From Patescibacteria group bacterium (lineage in GTDB: Bacteria > Patescibacteriota > Patescibacteriia > Patescibacteriales > JAQTRU01), in contig JBAZPX010000003.1 of NCBI GenBank assembly GCA_041645555.1, positions 599-64,598 on the forward strand: DNA of 64,000 bases, in the 5' to 3' direction. Position numbers and translations under genes: made by a program. This document shows, piece by piece, positions 35,564 to 45,241 of the stretch (positions within the stretch are counted from its first letter, which is position 1; every line of letters starts with the position of its first letter). The notes under the pieces were generated by a model, which did not search any database, had not been told where the DNA came from, and saw nothing but the letters and a program-made list of their open reading frames with translations.

Positions 35564-35637
35564 TGCGCTTGGATGGACTTGAACCATCGACCCCCGCTTT
35601 ATAAGAGCGGTGCTCTAACCAACTGAGCTACAAGCGC
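35564..35637 (-). tRNA. tRNA-Ile(UAU)
   Basis: GCGCTTG TA GCTC AGTTGGTTA GAGC A CCGCT CTTATAA AGCGG GGGTC GATGG TTCAAGT CCATC CAAGCGC A. The anticodon reads TAT. Confidence 0.8.
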
Positions 35638-35660
35638 CTAAAAATAAAAAAAACCGCTTT

Positions 35661-35695
35661 ACCCCGTCAGAAATCCCCGTCCTTTCTGACGGGGT
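35661..35695. repeat. hairpin variant of the ACCCCGTTAGAAAT repeat
   Basis: ACCCCGTCAGAAAT (35661-35674) and CTTTCTGACGGGGT (35682-35695) form a 13-bp stem just upstream of tRNA-Ile on the minus strand. Confidence 0.6.
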
Positions 35696-35829
35696 AAACT
35701 ATTAAGAATTTATCATTATATTAATTTTCTGACAAGAAGGCAAGAAGAAAAGAAAAAAGAGGGTCGATTGCGGTCAACCCTCTTTGCCAAGGCACGGTTG
35801 TTTCATTTTCTGATATCTTGGCCTCCAGG

Positions 35830-36183
35830 TTATATCGGCCTTACCGGTTTTTTCACGATAACCCAACCGGCGCGAAGGCCCAACGGCGGGTCTCCTTCAG
35901 GGCGAACGTATCCGAGACTGGGGTAAATCAGGAAATCCCACAGGAATCCTTCCGCCAGCTTTTTCATCTCATACCTCTCGCCCTTTTTTGCCCTGCAACG
36001 TGTTATAAAAGTATACAGAGCTTTTTCAAGCGGAGTCATTCTCCTGACGAATGTTTCTCCCTCCCTTTTCTTTCCTCTTCTCCCGATACGGGCAAAAACC
36101 CCGATCTCAAGGGTTTTTAAAACGCCAGCATCAGCCAGGAAAGTCTCTTCAAACACTTCAGCCGCGTCCAGCAATGTTCTCAC
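35830..36183 (-). CDS. hypothetical protein in a small GC-rich cassette
   Basis: 117-aa ORF starting at GTG or TTG after GAAGGGGG. A 100-aa ORF on the opposite strand overlaps it, so the strand choice is uncertain. Confidence 0.35.
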   Translation of the reverse strand: MRTLLDAAEVFEETFLADAGVLKTLEIGVFARIGRRGKKREGETFVRRMTPLEKALYTFITRCRAKKGERYEMKKLAEGFLWDFLIYPSLGYVRPEGDPPLGLRAGWVIVKKPVRPI

Positions 36184-36232
36184 CCCCTTCTTGTTTAGAT
36201 TTGTAAAAAAGCAAGCTGATATTTGGAGCTAT

Positions 36233-37474
36233 CTATAAAGGAAGCTTTTTTAATTTTTGTTCTATAAGTTCGATTATTTCTTTTTCCGCGGCGGCTAAGG
36301 GCTTATTGATTTCCGCTCGGGCCAGTCGCCGGTCGCCGGTCGGGTTAAATTCCCTTATTAGTTCCATAGAATCAATATTCTTTACCGAATAAACGAATAA
36401 GCTGGTGGTCGGATAATTGAATTTTTGGGCGCTGGCTCCGTTTAGAGATAAATCTTCAACGCGGTTTAGCCCGTTTCCGGCCAGAGCGCTATCCGGTATT
36501 TTTTCGTAAATAATGGCGACAATTTTTGCCATCGGGATATTAACAATAAGTTCGTCGATTACCTCGCTTAAATCTTCTTCTTCAGCTTCGGTTTTTAGGA
36601 AATCAATATGGGAAAGAGTTGACCAGACTAATTTATTGTCCAAACTTCCGTTTAAGCGGGCCAGGACCCGTCCCCACAATTTTAAAACGTTTAAGGTGCG
36701 GGAGCGGTAAAGCATATTAACGATTTCCTCCCGGCGCGCGCCCATGGAAATAAGCTGCGAAGTGGCGTTTAAAGTATGGGGAGTTATGTTCGGCGTTTTA
36801 AAGCTTCTGGTTTTATAGATTATGCCGGTCAAGAGGCAAGTGGCGATATCTTCGTCAATTAACTCCCGGGAATAGCTTTCGAACAAAGAGAAGAGAATTT
36901 CGGAAACGGAAACCGCGTTTAATTCCGTAAAATTTATCTGCCCGAATTCTTCATTGTCGCTGTGGTGGTCGATATTTATTATTGAAGTTTTGTAAAAGAA
37001 TTCCGTGTCATTATCATAAATTTTTCCCAGGGATTCCAGATCAGGGGCATCAAGAGTAATAATCAAATCGTATTTGAACCCGCCGGTAGAAGAAGTTATA
37101 TCATCCTCGGTGAAAAAGCCTTCTTTAGGGGAGATTATAAAATTAAGGGCGCTTTTTTCCAGCTTGTATTTTATCTGGCTCACTTTGGCGTTGGTGATAT
37201 CCAGGGAAATTATGAATTTGCGCAGATTTTCCAACTCATTTTTTATTTCCGAAAAAGCCGGCAGAAAAGAAAAGAGTTTGCCGGCGGTTGGAAGAGTGGA
37301 GTTTGTCTGGGGTTTTTCCGCCACTATTTCCGCGTTCTTGCCCAATTTTTTTAAAAATAAAAACAACGCCAGAGCGCTGGCGACTGAATCCCCATTCCAG
37401 ACGTGGGAGAAAGTTATTAAAATATTGTTAGCTTTTTTGATTTGCTCAAAAATTTGCTGCTCTTGGGTCAACAT
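36233..37474 (-). CDS. DHH family phosphoesterase (NrnA-like)
   Basis: 413-aa ORF with GDSVASALAL and NIDHHSDN (DHH) motifs. The DHHA1 GGGH motif appears degenerate. Confidence 0.8.
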   Translation of the reverse strand: MLTQEQQIFEQIKKANNILITFSHVWNGDSVASALALFLFLKKLGKNAEIVAEKPQTNSTLPTAGKLFSFLPAFSEIKNELENLRKFIISLDITNAKVSQIKYKLEKSALNFIISPKEGFFTEDDITSSTGGFKYDLIITLDAPDLESLGKIYDNDTEFFYKTSIINIDHHSDNEEFGQINFTELNAVSVSEILFSLFESYSRELIDEDIATCLLTGIIYKTRSFKTPNITPHTLNATSQLISMGARREEIVNMLYRSRTLNVLKLWGRVLARLNGSLDNKLVWSTLSHIDFLKTEAEEEDLSEVIDELIVNIPMAKIVAIIYEKIPDSALAGNGLNRVEDLSLNGASAQKFNYPTTSLFVYSVKNIDSMELIREFNPTGDRRLARAEINKPLAAAEKEIIELIEQKLKKLPL

Positions 37475-37560
37475 GACTTGAGTTAAAAAATTATTTAGCC
37501 AGTCTTTTAATATATATTAATTTATCCTTAGTGTCAAGTGTTTAAATTGTGGGTTTTTTC

Positions 37561-37589
37561 TTGCCAAAATAAGCTAATTTTGGTAATCT
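37561..37589 (+). promoter_or_regulatory. candidate valS promoter
   Basis: TTGCCA (37561-37566), 17-nt spacer, TAATCT (37584-37589), immediately before the repeat element. Confidence 0.4.
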
Positions 37590-37595
37590 TTAAGG

Positions 37596-37786
37596 TATGA
37601 ACCCCGTTAGAAATCTAGCTGTAAATAAACGGAGGGGTATCAGCTGAGGTTTCGTGCTAAAGGCAAGTGGAGGGCCGTCTTGGCGGGAAATATCAAAATC
37701 AATTACATATTCTTATGGGAGAAAAAAATATCAAAATTTCTAACCCCGTTAGAAATAAATTTCTAAGCGGGGCTAACGGGGTGAAC
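37596..37786 (+). mobile_element. ORF-less derivative of the GIY-YIG minielement carrying the valS start codon
   Basis: TATGAACCCCGTTAGAAAT (37596-37614) ... ATTTCTAACCCCGTTAGAAATAAATTTCTAAGCGGGGCTAACGGGGTGAAC (37736-37786). The remnant ORF is MNPVRNLAVNKRRGIS*. The valS ATG at 37715 lies inside the element. Confidence 0.55.
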
Positions 37787-40456
37787 AAAGATCTGCCAAA
37801 AGCATACAATCCGCAGGATTACGAAGATAAGATTTATGAGAAATGGGAAAAATCAGGGTATTTCAACCCTGATATTTGTGTTAAGAAAAAAGTCTGCGCT
37901 AAAGATGCCAAGCCTTTCAGTATAGTTTTACCGCCGCCGAACGTAACCGGGCATCTTCATCTTGGCCATGCCGTAATGCTGGCGCTCCAGGATATTATGG
38001 TCCGTTATCACCGGATGAAAGGGGATAAAACTTTATGGGTGCCGGGAACTGACCATGCGGCGATTGCCACGCAAAGCAAGGTTGAAGCCCTGCTTTGGGA
38101 AAAAGAAAAAAAGACGCGGCACGATTTAGGCCGGATTGAATTTCTGAAAAGAGTGGAAAAATTCGCAAAGGACAGCCACGATACGATTATAAAGCAATGT
38201 AAAAAAATGGGAGCTTCTTTAGATTGGAGCCGAGAAATTTACACTTTAGATAAAGAGCGCAACTTGGCCGTCCGGACCGCTTTTAAGAAAATGTATGATG
38301 ACGGCTTAATTTATCAGGGAGCCAGGATTGTAAATTGGGATCCGAAAATGCAGACCACGGTTTCCGACGACGAGGTGGAATGGAAAGAAGAAAAGACGCC
38401 TTTCTATTATTTAAAGTACGGCCCTTTCGTAATCGCGACGGCCCGTCCGGAAACTAAATTCGGGGATAAATATGTGGTTATGCATCCGGATGACAAACGC
38501 TATAAGAAATATAAGCACGGAGAAAAGATAAAATTAGAATGGATAAACGGCCCGGTCGCGGCCACGGTTATAAAAGACAAAGTGATAGATATGGAGTTTG
38601 GTTCAGGCGTTATGACGATTACGCCCTGGCATGACGCGATTGATTTTGAAATTGCCCAGCGGCATAACTTAGATAAGGAGCAGATTATTGATAAAGAGGG
38701 AAAACTATTGCCTATTGCCGGGGAGTTTGCCGGTATGGAAATAAGAAAAGCGCGTGAGGAAATTGTGGCTAAATTAAAAAAGAAAGGTTTGCTGGTTAAG
38801 ATAGAAGAAAACTATATCCATAATATCGCGGTTAATGCCCGGGGCGGCAGCTTGATTGAGCCCCAGATTATGAAGCAGTGGTTTATTGGCGTTAATCAAG
38901 AATTCAAACGCGGCGGTCAGAAAACGACTTTAAAAAAATTAATGCAGGAAGCGGTGCGGCCGGGAAAAATTAAAATAATTCCGGAGAGGTTTAATAAGAC
39001 TTATTTCCATTGGATTGATAATTTGCGCGACTGGTGCATTTCAAGACAAATATGGTTCGGGCACCAGATTCCCGTTTGGTACAGAGAACACAAAAACACA
39101 AAAACACAAAAACACAAAAATAATGATAAGGAAATATATGTTGGCGTTAAAGCTCCAGAGGGGGAGGGATGGATTCAAGATCCCGATACTCTGGATACCT
39201 GGTTTTCTTCCGGGCTTTGGACTTTTTCGCCTTTAGGCTGGCCCCAAAAAACAGAAGATTTAAAAATCTATCACCCGACCTCGGTTATGGAAACCGGATA
39301 TGATATTTTATTTTTCTGGGTGGCAAGAATGATTTTAATGACGACTTATTTGTTAGACGAGATTCCTTTTAAAACCGTGTATTTGCACGGCCTGATCCGC
39401 GATGAAAAAGGGAAAAAGATGAGCAAGAGCTTGGGCAATGTTATTGACCCTTTGGACGTTATAAAAAAATACGGCACGGACGCGGTGCGTTTGTCCTTAG
39501 TTATTGGGTCTACGCCGGGTAATGACGTAAAATTAAGCGAAGAAAAAATCGCCGGGTACAGGAATTTTACAAATAAGTTGTGGAACATCTCGCGTTATAT
39601 AATTACGAATTATCAATTATCAATTACGAATTATAGGTTTAATTTAGAAGATTTAACCTTATTTGATAAGTGGATTTTATTGCAGATGAGAAATTTAGTT
39701 TTGGCAGTTTCTGAAGATTTGGAAAATTATCATTTTTCTCAGGCCGGGGAACGATTGCGTGAATTTACGTGGGATGATTTGGCTGATTGGTATTTAGAAA
39801 CCAGTAAATTTGAAAAAAATTCTTCTAAGAATCAAATATTGTCGATAATTTTAAATGATCTATTGAAACTCTGGCATCCGTTTATGCCATTTGTGACAGA
39901 GACAATATGGCAAGAAGCGGGAAATAAGAATTTATTGTTGATTGAAAAATATCCAGTGTTAGATAGCTACAAAGAAATATGGAAGGAAACAAATAACGGC
40001 GATTTTTATCCCGAAATGATACTTATTCAAAAAATTATCACCGCGATCCGTAACGCTAGAAGTGAAAACAAAGTTGAACCGGCTAAAAAAATTAAAGCGG
40101 TAATTTATACGAAGATTGAGGAGTATAGAAAGTTGATTAGAGATCATGAAGTTTTGATAAAAGGCTTAAAGACGGGTATAAGCGAGTTAGAAATTAAAGT
40201 CAAAGGTGAAAAAATTGCTGGAGCTATATACGCGGTCGTAGGCGATATAGAAATTTATTTAATCGGGGCGATTGACAAGGATAAGGAAAAGGAAAGAATT
40301 AAAAAAGAAATAGCTAATTATGAAAAAATGATTGTTGCGACTGAGAATAAATTAAAAAATAAGGAATTTGTCGCTAAAGCGCCGGCGGAAATAGTTAAAA
40401 AAGAAGAGGAGAAGTTAAAATCCTGGCAAGAGGCGCTTGAAAAAATTAAAGGGTAG
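37715..40456 (+). CDS. valS: valine--tRNA ligase
   Basis: PPPNVTGHLHLGH (HIGH), KMSKS, an editing domain and a C-terminal coiled coil. The start is taken at the ATG at 37715 (MGEKNIKISN...) rather than the alternative-codon start at 37667. Confidence 0.95.
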   Translation: MGEKNIKISNPVRNKFLSGANGVNKDLPKAYNPQDYEDKIYEKWEKSGYFNPDICVKKKVCAKDAKPFSIVLPPPNVTGHLHLGHAVMLALQDIMVRYHRMKGDKTLWVPGTDHAAIATQSKVEALLWEKEKKTRHDLGRIEFLKRVEKFAKDSHDTIIKQCKKMGASLDWSREIYTLDKERNLAVRTAFKKMYDDGLIYQGARIVNWDPKMQTTVSDDEVEWKEEKTPFYYLKYGPFVIATARPETKFGDKYVVMHPDDKRYKKYKHGEKIKLEWINGPVAATVIKDKVIDMEFGSGVMTITPWHDAIDFEIAQRHNLDKEQIIDKEGKLLPIAGEFAGMEIRKAREEIVAKLKKKGLLVKIEENYIHNIAVNARGGSLIEPQIMKQWFIGVNQEFKRGGQKTTLKKLMQEAVRPGKIKIIPERFNKTYFHWIDNLRDWCISRQIWFGHQIPVWYREHKNTKTQKHKNNDKEIYVGVKAPEGEGWIQDPDTLDTWFSSGLWTFSPLGWPQKTEDLKIYHPTSVMETGYDILFFWVARMILMTTYLLDEIPFKTVYLHGLIRDEKGKKMSKSLGNVIDPLDVIKKYGTDAVRLSLVIGSTPGNDVKLSEEKIAGYRNFTNKLWNISRYIITNYQLSITNYRFNLEDLTLFDKWILLQMRNLVLAVSEDLENYHFSQAGERLREFTWDDLADWYLETSKFEKNSSKNQILSIILNDLLKLWHPFMPFVTETIWQEAGNKNLLLIEKYPVLDSYKEIWKETNNGDFYPEMILIQKIITAIRNARSENKVEPAKKIKAVIYTKIEEYRKLIRDHEVLIKGLKTGISELEIKVKGEKIAGAIYAVVGDIEIYLIGAIDKDKEKERIKKEIANYEKMIVATENKLKNKEFVAKAPAEIVKKEEEKLKSWQEALEKIKG
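39089..39120 (+). repeat. tandem repeat (CACAAAAA) x4 inside valS
   Basis: Four perfect 8-nt units encoding HKNTKTQKHKN in a variable insertion of ValS. Confidence 0.8.
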
Positions 40457-40477
40457 TTAAAATAGAGATATTTCGTT

Positions 40478-40566
40478 CCCTTCCTCGATTGAGGAGGGGA
40501 TAAGGGGTGGTGTTCGCCGAACGACCATCAGACCACCCCTGCCCCCTCCTTATCTAAGGAGGGGAG
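40478..40566. repeat. GC-rich multi-hairpin repeat block
   Basis: CCTTCCTC/GAGGAGGG, GGGGTGGT/ACCACCCC and CCCTCCTT/AAGGAGGG hairpins in series after valS. Confidence 0.5.
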
Positions 40567-40648
40567 ACTAAAATTTAATATTTACAATTGGAGACGTTGT
40601 TTCTCTTTTCAAATTTATTCGATTTGATATAACTTAATTAACATAACC

Positions 40649-40942
40649 ATGTTTTATAATTTAAAGTCATTACTGCCTAAGTCAATCAAGCGGGCGGGCA
40701 TTGCTAACGAGCTTAAGAATAAGCAGATTATAGATTTTTTTAATTTAGCCAAGAAAGTATTTTTGAAGGCGGAGCTGGCCGACCGGATTAAGCCCATGTA
40801 TTTAAGAAACAAAATATTATATATCGCTTCTTTATCTTCGGTGGCGGCGGAAAGATTAGAGCCCAGGCAGGCGGAAATTATAATGGAAATAAACAAAAAA
40901 TTCGGCCCGGGGACGGTAAAGAAAATAAAATTTATCACTTGA
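40649..40942 (+). CDS. DUF721 (DciA-like) protein
   Basis: 97-aa ORF. The layout (LYIASLSSVAAERL...EIIMEINKKFG...VKKIKF) resembles DUF721 as I recall it. Confidence 0.5.
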   Translation: MFYNLKSLLPKSIKRAGIANELKNKQIIDFFNLAKKVFLKAELADRIKPMYLRNKILYIASLSSVAAERLEPRQAEIIMEINKKFGPGTVKKIKFIT

Positions 40943-40973
40943 AAGAAGCGGTTTAAAATGGTAAAGTTTTAAT

Positions 40974-41135
40974 GGGATTATCGCTTAATGCCGTTTCTAC
41001 TGCAATTCCCAATTTTCTGCTACGAAGTTTAAAAAGCTCCTCCGCTTATATTGGCATATAAACGTCGTCGCTTTTTAAATTTCTCGCGACGAAAATTGAA
41101 AATTTCGTAACGAAAGCGCATTAAGCGATAGTCCC
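40974..41135. repeat. ~160-nt long imperfect palindrome
   Basis: GGGATTATCGCTTAATGC (40974-40991) pairs with GCATTAAGCGATAGTCCC (41118-41135). The interior arms are also roughly complementary. Confidence 0.55.
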
Positions 41136-41142
41136 TATATAC

Positions 41143-41562
41143 ATGACCTTGAGATCTTACTTAATTATAATGGCGATTACGACCCTGGTTTGCTGGGCGG
41201 CTTTTATTTTTATCCTCGCCACGGTTAATCCGCAAATCACCAACTGGCTGGGTTTTTCCCTTTTTTACCTGTCTCTGTTTCTGGCTTTGTCCGGCAGCGC
41301 CGCCTTAGTCGGTTTTTTAGTAAGGTTTGTCGGCCTTAGGCACGAACTGGCTTTCTACTCGGTTAAAACCGCTTTCCGACAGTCATTTTTATTCGCTTTT
41401 TTAATCATCGCGGTTTTGTTTCTGCTGGCATATAACTTATTTACCTGGCTTAATTTATTTCTCTTGGTTATCGGGCTCTCACTTTTAGAGTTTTTCCTTA
41501 TAAACTACGGCTCGCGCCGGATAAAATATCCGGTTAATAATTTAAACGAAGAATTTAAATAA
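41143..41562 (+). CDS. small membrane protein (about 4 TM)
   Basis: 139-aa ORF, strongly hydrophobic, ending directly upstream of pheS. Confidence 0.6.
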   Translation: MTLRSYLIIMAITTLVCWAAFIFILATVNPQITNWLGFSLFYLSLFLALSGSAALVGFLVRFVGLRHELAFYSVKTAFRQSFLFAFLIIAVLFLLAYNLFTWLNLFLLVIGLSLLEFFLINYGSRRIKYPVNNLNEEFK

Positions 41563-41567
41563 TTTCT

Positions 41568-42593
41568 ATGAGAGAGAAAATAGAAAAATTAAAAGATGAA
41601 ATTTTAGACAGCCTGGTTAAGGTAAGAGAGGAAAAGGTTTTAAAGGATTTGGAAATTAAATATCTGGGCCGGAAAGGCGAACTGACAAAAATTTTGCGCA
41701 GCTTAAAAGATTTGAGCGAAAAGGAGAAAAAGGAAATCGGGCAGCTGGCTAATGAAATTAAAAAAGAAATAGAAGATAAATTTACCGAGGTGAAAAAAGT
41801 TATTTTAGGCAGCGCGGAGAAGGAACAGACGGACATAACTTTGCCCGGCGAAAAAATAGAGCGCGGCCATCTTAGCCCGATTACTATAGTCCAGAATGAA
41901 CTTGAAGATTTATTTACTTCCATGGGTTTTATGGTTCTGGACGGCCCGGAACTGGAAAGCGATTTTTATAATTTTGAGGCGGTTAATATCCCGCCAAACC
42001 ATCCGGCGCGGGATATGCAGGATACGTTTTATATCGATAAGAAAAATAAGGACGGCGAATACGACTTGGTTATGCGGACCCATACTTCTTCGGTGCAGGT
42101 AAGGGCGATGCAGAAATACGGAGCGCCTTTGCGCTGCGTCGTGCCGGGAAAATGCTTCCGCTGCGAAGCGACGGACGTAAGGCATGAACATACTTTTTAC
42201 CAGATAGAAGGACTAATGGTTGATAAGGGCATAAGCTTAAGCAATATGAAAGCGGTTTTAGAAACCGTGGCGAAAAAACTTTATGGCGAGGAGACGAAGC
42301 TGCGCATGAGGCCGAAATTTTATCCCTTTGTCGAGCCGGGAGCTAACGGGGAGGTGACTTGTTTCTTATGCCAGGGCAAGGGCTGCCTTTTATGCAAGAA
42401 CAGCGGCTGGCTGGAAATATTCGGTTCAGGCATGGTTCACCCCAATGTTTTAAAAAATGGCGGAATAGACCCGAAAATTTATAGCGGTTTCGCCTTTGGC
42501 TTTGGCTTAAACAGAGTTACGCAGCTTAAATACGGGATTGACGATGTAAGATTATTTAATGGCGGAGACCTTAGATTTCTGCAGCAGTTTTAA
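41568..42593 (+). CDS. pheS: phenylalanine--tRNA ligase alpha subunit
   Basis: 341-aa ORF with HPARDMQDTFY and class II motifs FRCEATDVRHEHTFYQIEG and GFAFGFGLNR. Confidence 0.95.
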   Translation: MREKIEKLKDEILDSLVKVREEKVLKDLEIKYLGRKGELTKILRSLKDLSEKEKKEIGQLANEIKKEIEDKFTEVKKVILGSAEKEQTDITLPGEKIERGHLSPITIVQNELEDLFTSMGFMVLDGPELESDFYNFEAVNIPPNHPARDMQDTFYIDKKNKDGEYDLVMRTHTSSVQVRAMQKYGAPLRCVVPGKCFRCEATDVRHEHTFYQIEGLMVDKGISLSNMKAVLETVAKKLYGEETKLRMRPKFYPFVEPGANGEVTCFLCQGKGCLLCKNSGWLEIFGSGMVHPNVLKNGGIDPKIYSGFAFGFGLNRVTQLKYGIDDVRLFNGGDLRFLQQF

Positions 42594-42715
42594 AGACTGG
42601 GAATTTGGATTTAAGTTTTTGTTTTGCTAAGAGCTATAGAGAATAATTAAAAATTTAAAAATCAAAATGTAAAATTTAGGTGTCGCTATCGCGACAGATT
42701 AATTTTAAATTTTTT

Positions 42716-45139
42716 ATGTATATTTCCCTAAATTGGCTAAAAGATTTCGTTGATATTCCGAAAAATATTACTCCGGAAGATTTAGGTTTGAAATTGTCCG
42801 CTCATACGGTGGAAGTTGACAAAGTCATAAACCAGAAAGAAAAATTCAATAAGGTCGTGGTCGGTAAAATTTTAGAATTAAAAAAGCATCCGTCCGCGGA
42901 CCGGCTGCAATTAGTAAAAATTGATATTGGCAAAGAGAAGTTAGATATAGTTTGCGGAGCGACTAATATTAAAGCCGGCGATTTTGTGCCGGTCGCTTTG
43001 GTTGGGGCGGTTTTGCCTAATGGCTTAGAAATTAAGACGGCAGAAATCAGGGGAGTAAAATCCAACGGCATGCTTTGCGCTGAAGATGAACTGGGAATGG
43101 GCGATGACCATGCCGGCATTATGATTTTATCCAAAGGCAAACCGGGTGAAAATTTAGCCGAATATTTAAAATTAGATGACACGGTTTTTGAAGTTGATAA
43201 CAAATCCATTACCAACCGGCCGGATCTTTGGAGCCATCTTGGCATGGCCCGGGAGATTTCCGCTTTCCTAGAGTTAAAATTAAAAGAGCCTAAGCTGGAA
43301 TTAAGCAGATTAGCCAAGGGCAAGGGAAAGTTAGAGAAAATAAAAGTGGAAGTGAAGGATTCTAAATTATGCCCGCGGTATATGGCGATTAAGGTTTCCG
43401 GGATAGCCATCGGCGCTTCGCCGGCTTGGATGCAGGAAAGATTATCCGCGGTGGGCATGCGCCCGATTAACAATATTGTTGATATTACCAATTATGTAAT
43501 GCTGGAACTGGGCCAGCCTTTGCACGCTTTTGACGCCAGTTTAGTTAAAGAAATCGGGGTCAGGCGGGCAAAGAAAGGAGAAACAATGGAAACTTTGGAC
43601 GGGCAGAAGAGGGAGCTGGACGAGAGCATGCTTTTAATCACGGACGGGGAGAAAGGAGTGGCTATTGCCGGAGTTATGGGCGGGCTAAACAGTGAAATCA
43701 GCCAGGAAACCAAAGCGATTATAATTGAAGCCGCCAATTTTGAACCGACGCAGATAAGGAAGACTTCGCAGAAACTCGGCTTGCGCACGGAAAGCTCCAT
43801 GCGTTTTGAAAAATCTCTTGACCCCAATTTATGTCAGTGGGCCATAACTCGGGCCGTGGAACTCGTAAAACAGTTATGTCCCAAGGCCGAAGTCATAAGC
43901 GATTTAGTCGATATAAAATCATTTAGTTTGGAGCAGGGGCCGATTGCCATAAGTTTAGAGTGGCTGGAAACCATAATCGGAGAAAAAATTGAAGAGAAAA
44001 AAATAATAAATATTTTAACCAGTCTGGGGTTTGCGGTTAAAAAGGATAAAGACAAACTAGATGTGACTGTGCCGAGTTGGCGGGCGACTAAGGATATTTC
44101 CATCCCCGAAGATTTGGTTGAGGAAATCGTCCGGATTTACGGCTATAATAATTTAGAGATGGTAATGCCGAAAGTGGTGATGGAAGCGCCGCTCGTTAAT
44201 AAAGAAAGGATCTTAGAAAGAAAAATAAAAGAGATTTTGGCTCAAGGGGCTCGCTTGTCAGAAGTTTACAATTATTCCTTTGTCAACGAGGAGCAATTGA
44301 AAAAATTAAAAATGGAGATAAGGGACTATGTGAAACTGGCCAACCCGATTATCAGCCAGCATACGCTCCTTCGCCAGAGCCTTGCCCCGTATTTGCTGGA
44401 AAACGTAAAAACTAACCAATCCCGCTACAGCGAATTCGGCTTGTTCGAAATCGGGAATATTTTTATGGACTTAACCGGCGAAGAAGATAAGGGCGGGGAG
44501 AAAGGGAAGTTGCCTTATCAGGAAAAAAAATTAGGGATTATCATAGCCGGCGAGAAAAAGGGAGAAATTTTCAGAAAAATAAAGGGCCTAGTTGAATATT
44601 TATTTGATTATTTCGGCTTATCAGCCAGCTTTGAAATTTTAGAAGACCGGCCGGGGTGGGCGGATAGTAAGGCCGCGGCTAAAATAATTTCCGGAGCCGG
44701 CGGGGAAACCGCTTTAGGTACAGTCGCCAGATTAGACAGCCAGATTGCCGCCACTTTAAACATAAAAAAGGAAGCGGCGATAGCGGAAATAAGTTTTAAA
44801 GAATTAGCCGGCCTCGTTCTAGACAAGGGCGCGAAAAAGTACGAAAAGATACCTAAATATCCGCCGGTTATAAGGGATTTGGCTTTTGTGGTCGGGAGTA
44901 AGACATTATATAATGATATAAAGAAAGAAATAGAGAGTTTCAGCCCGTTAGTAAAAGAAGTGGAATTATTTGACGTTTACGAAGGGGAAGGACTGGGCGA
45001 AAATAATAAAAATTTAGCTTTCCATATTATTTATCAGGCCCCGGACAGGACCTTGACGGCCGAGGAGATAGAGAAAGAGCAGGCAAAATTAATAAAAATA
45101 TTGGAGAAAAAATTTGAAGCGCAAATAAGAAATTTTTAA
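42716..45139 (+). CDS. pheT: phenylalanine--tRNA ligase beta subunit
   Basis: Starts MYISLNWLKDF (42716). tRNA-binding OB domain, B3/4, B5 and FDX-ACB domains in the usual order. Confidence 0.95.
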   Translation: MYISLNWLKDFVDIPKNITPEDLGLKLSAHTVEVDKVINQKEKFNKVVVGKILELKKHPSADRLQLVKIDIGKEKLDIVCGATNIKAGDFVPVALVGAVLPNGLEIKTAEIRGVKSNGMLCAEDELGMGDDHAGIMILSKGKPGENLAEYLKLDDTVFEVDNKSITNRPDLWSHLGMAREISAFLELKLKEPKLELSRLAKGKGKLEKIKVEVKDSKLCPRYMAIKVSGIAIGASPAWMQERLSAVGMRPINNIVDITNYVMLELGQPLHAFDASLVKEIGVRRAKKGETMETLDGQKRELDESMLLITDGEKGVAIAGVMGGLNSEISQETKAIIIEAANFEPTQIRKTSQKLGLRTESSMRFEKSLDPNLCQWAITRAVELVKQLCPKAEVISDLVDIKSFSLEQGPIAISLEWLETIIGEKIEEKKIINILTSLGFAVKKDKDKLDVTVPSWRATKDISIPEDLVEEIVRIYGYNNLEMVMPKVVMEAPLVNKERILERKIKEILAQGARLSEVYNYSFVNEEQLKKLKMEIRDYVKLANPIISQHTLLRQSLAPYLLENVKTNQSRYSEFGLFEIGNIFMDLTGEEDKGGEKGKLPYQEKKLGIIIAGEKKGEIFRKIKGLVEYLFDYFGLSASFEILEDRPGWADSKAAAKIISGAGGETALGTVARLDSQIAATLNIKKEAAIAEISFKELAGLVLDKGAKKYEKIPKYPPVIRDLAFVVGSKTLYNDIKKEIESFSPLVKEVELFDVYEGEGLGENNKNLAFHIIYQAPDRTLTAEEIEKEQAKLIKILEKKFEAQIRNF

Positions 45140-45141
45140 AC

Positions 45142-45234
45142 CCTACAAATTACGAATAAGTACGAATTTATGAATTTCCGTTAAAATATTTTGTATCGTA
45201 TTTGTGAATTTGTGATAGATTTGTAATTTGTAAT
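45142..45234. repeat. TACGAAT/ATTTGTA palindromic intergenic element, copy C
   Basis: CCTACAAATTACGAATAAGTACGAATTTATGAATTT ... TTTGTGAATTTGTGATAGATTTGTAATTTGTAATA. Confidence 0.6.
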
Positions 45235-45241
45235 AATAATT

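Noticed and set aside
35818-36120. 100-aa plus-strand ORF opposite the 117-aa minus-strand ORF
   Set aside because: Neither strand is compelling. I kept the minus-strand call at low confidence because of the GAAGGGGG tract upstream and the co-orientation with flanking genes.
37667-37714. Upstream non-ATG start for valS given in the ORF track
   Set aside because: The extension is translated from the interior of the repeat element. The ATG at 37715 matches the start context shared with three other genes.
39089-39120. Phase variation through the 8-nt tandem repeat in valS, and the G10 tract at 47355 as a phase switch
   Set aside because: valS is essential, so on/off switching is implausible. 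The G10 tract is intergenic with no ORF or promoter element obviously spanning it. Both are recorded only as repeats.
42802-44103. Long antisense ORFs (229, 111 and 89 aa) inside pheT, and similar ones inside uvrA, pilB, topA and the PurL-like gene
   Set aside because: They lie entirely within well-supported conserved genes on the other strand. Their products are Ser/Leu/Phe-rich, as expected for antisense frames.
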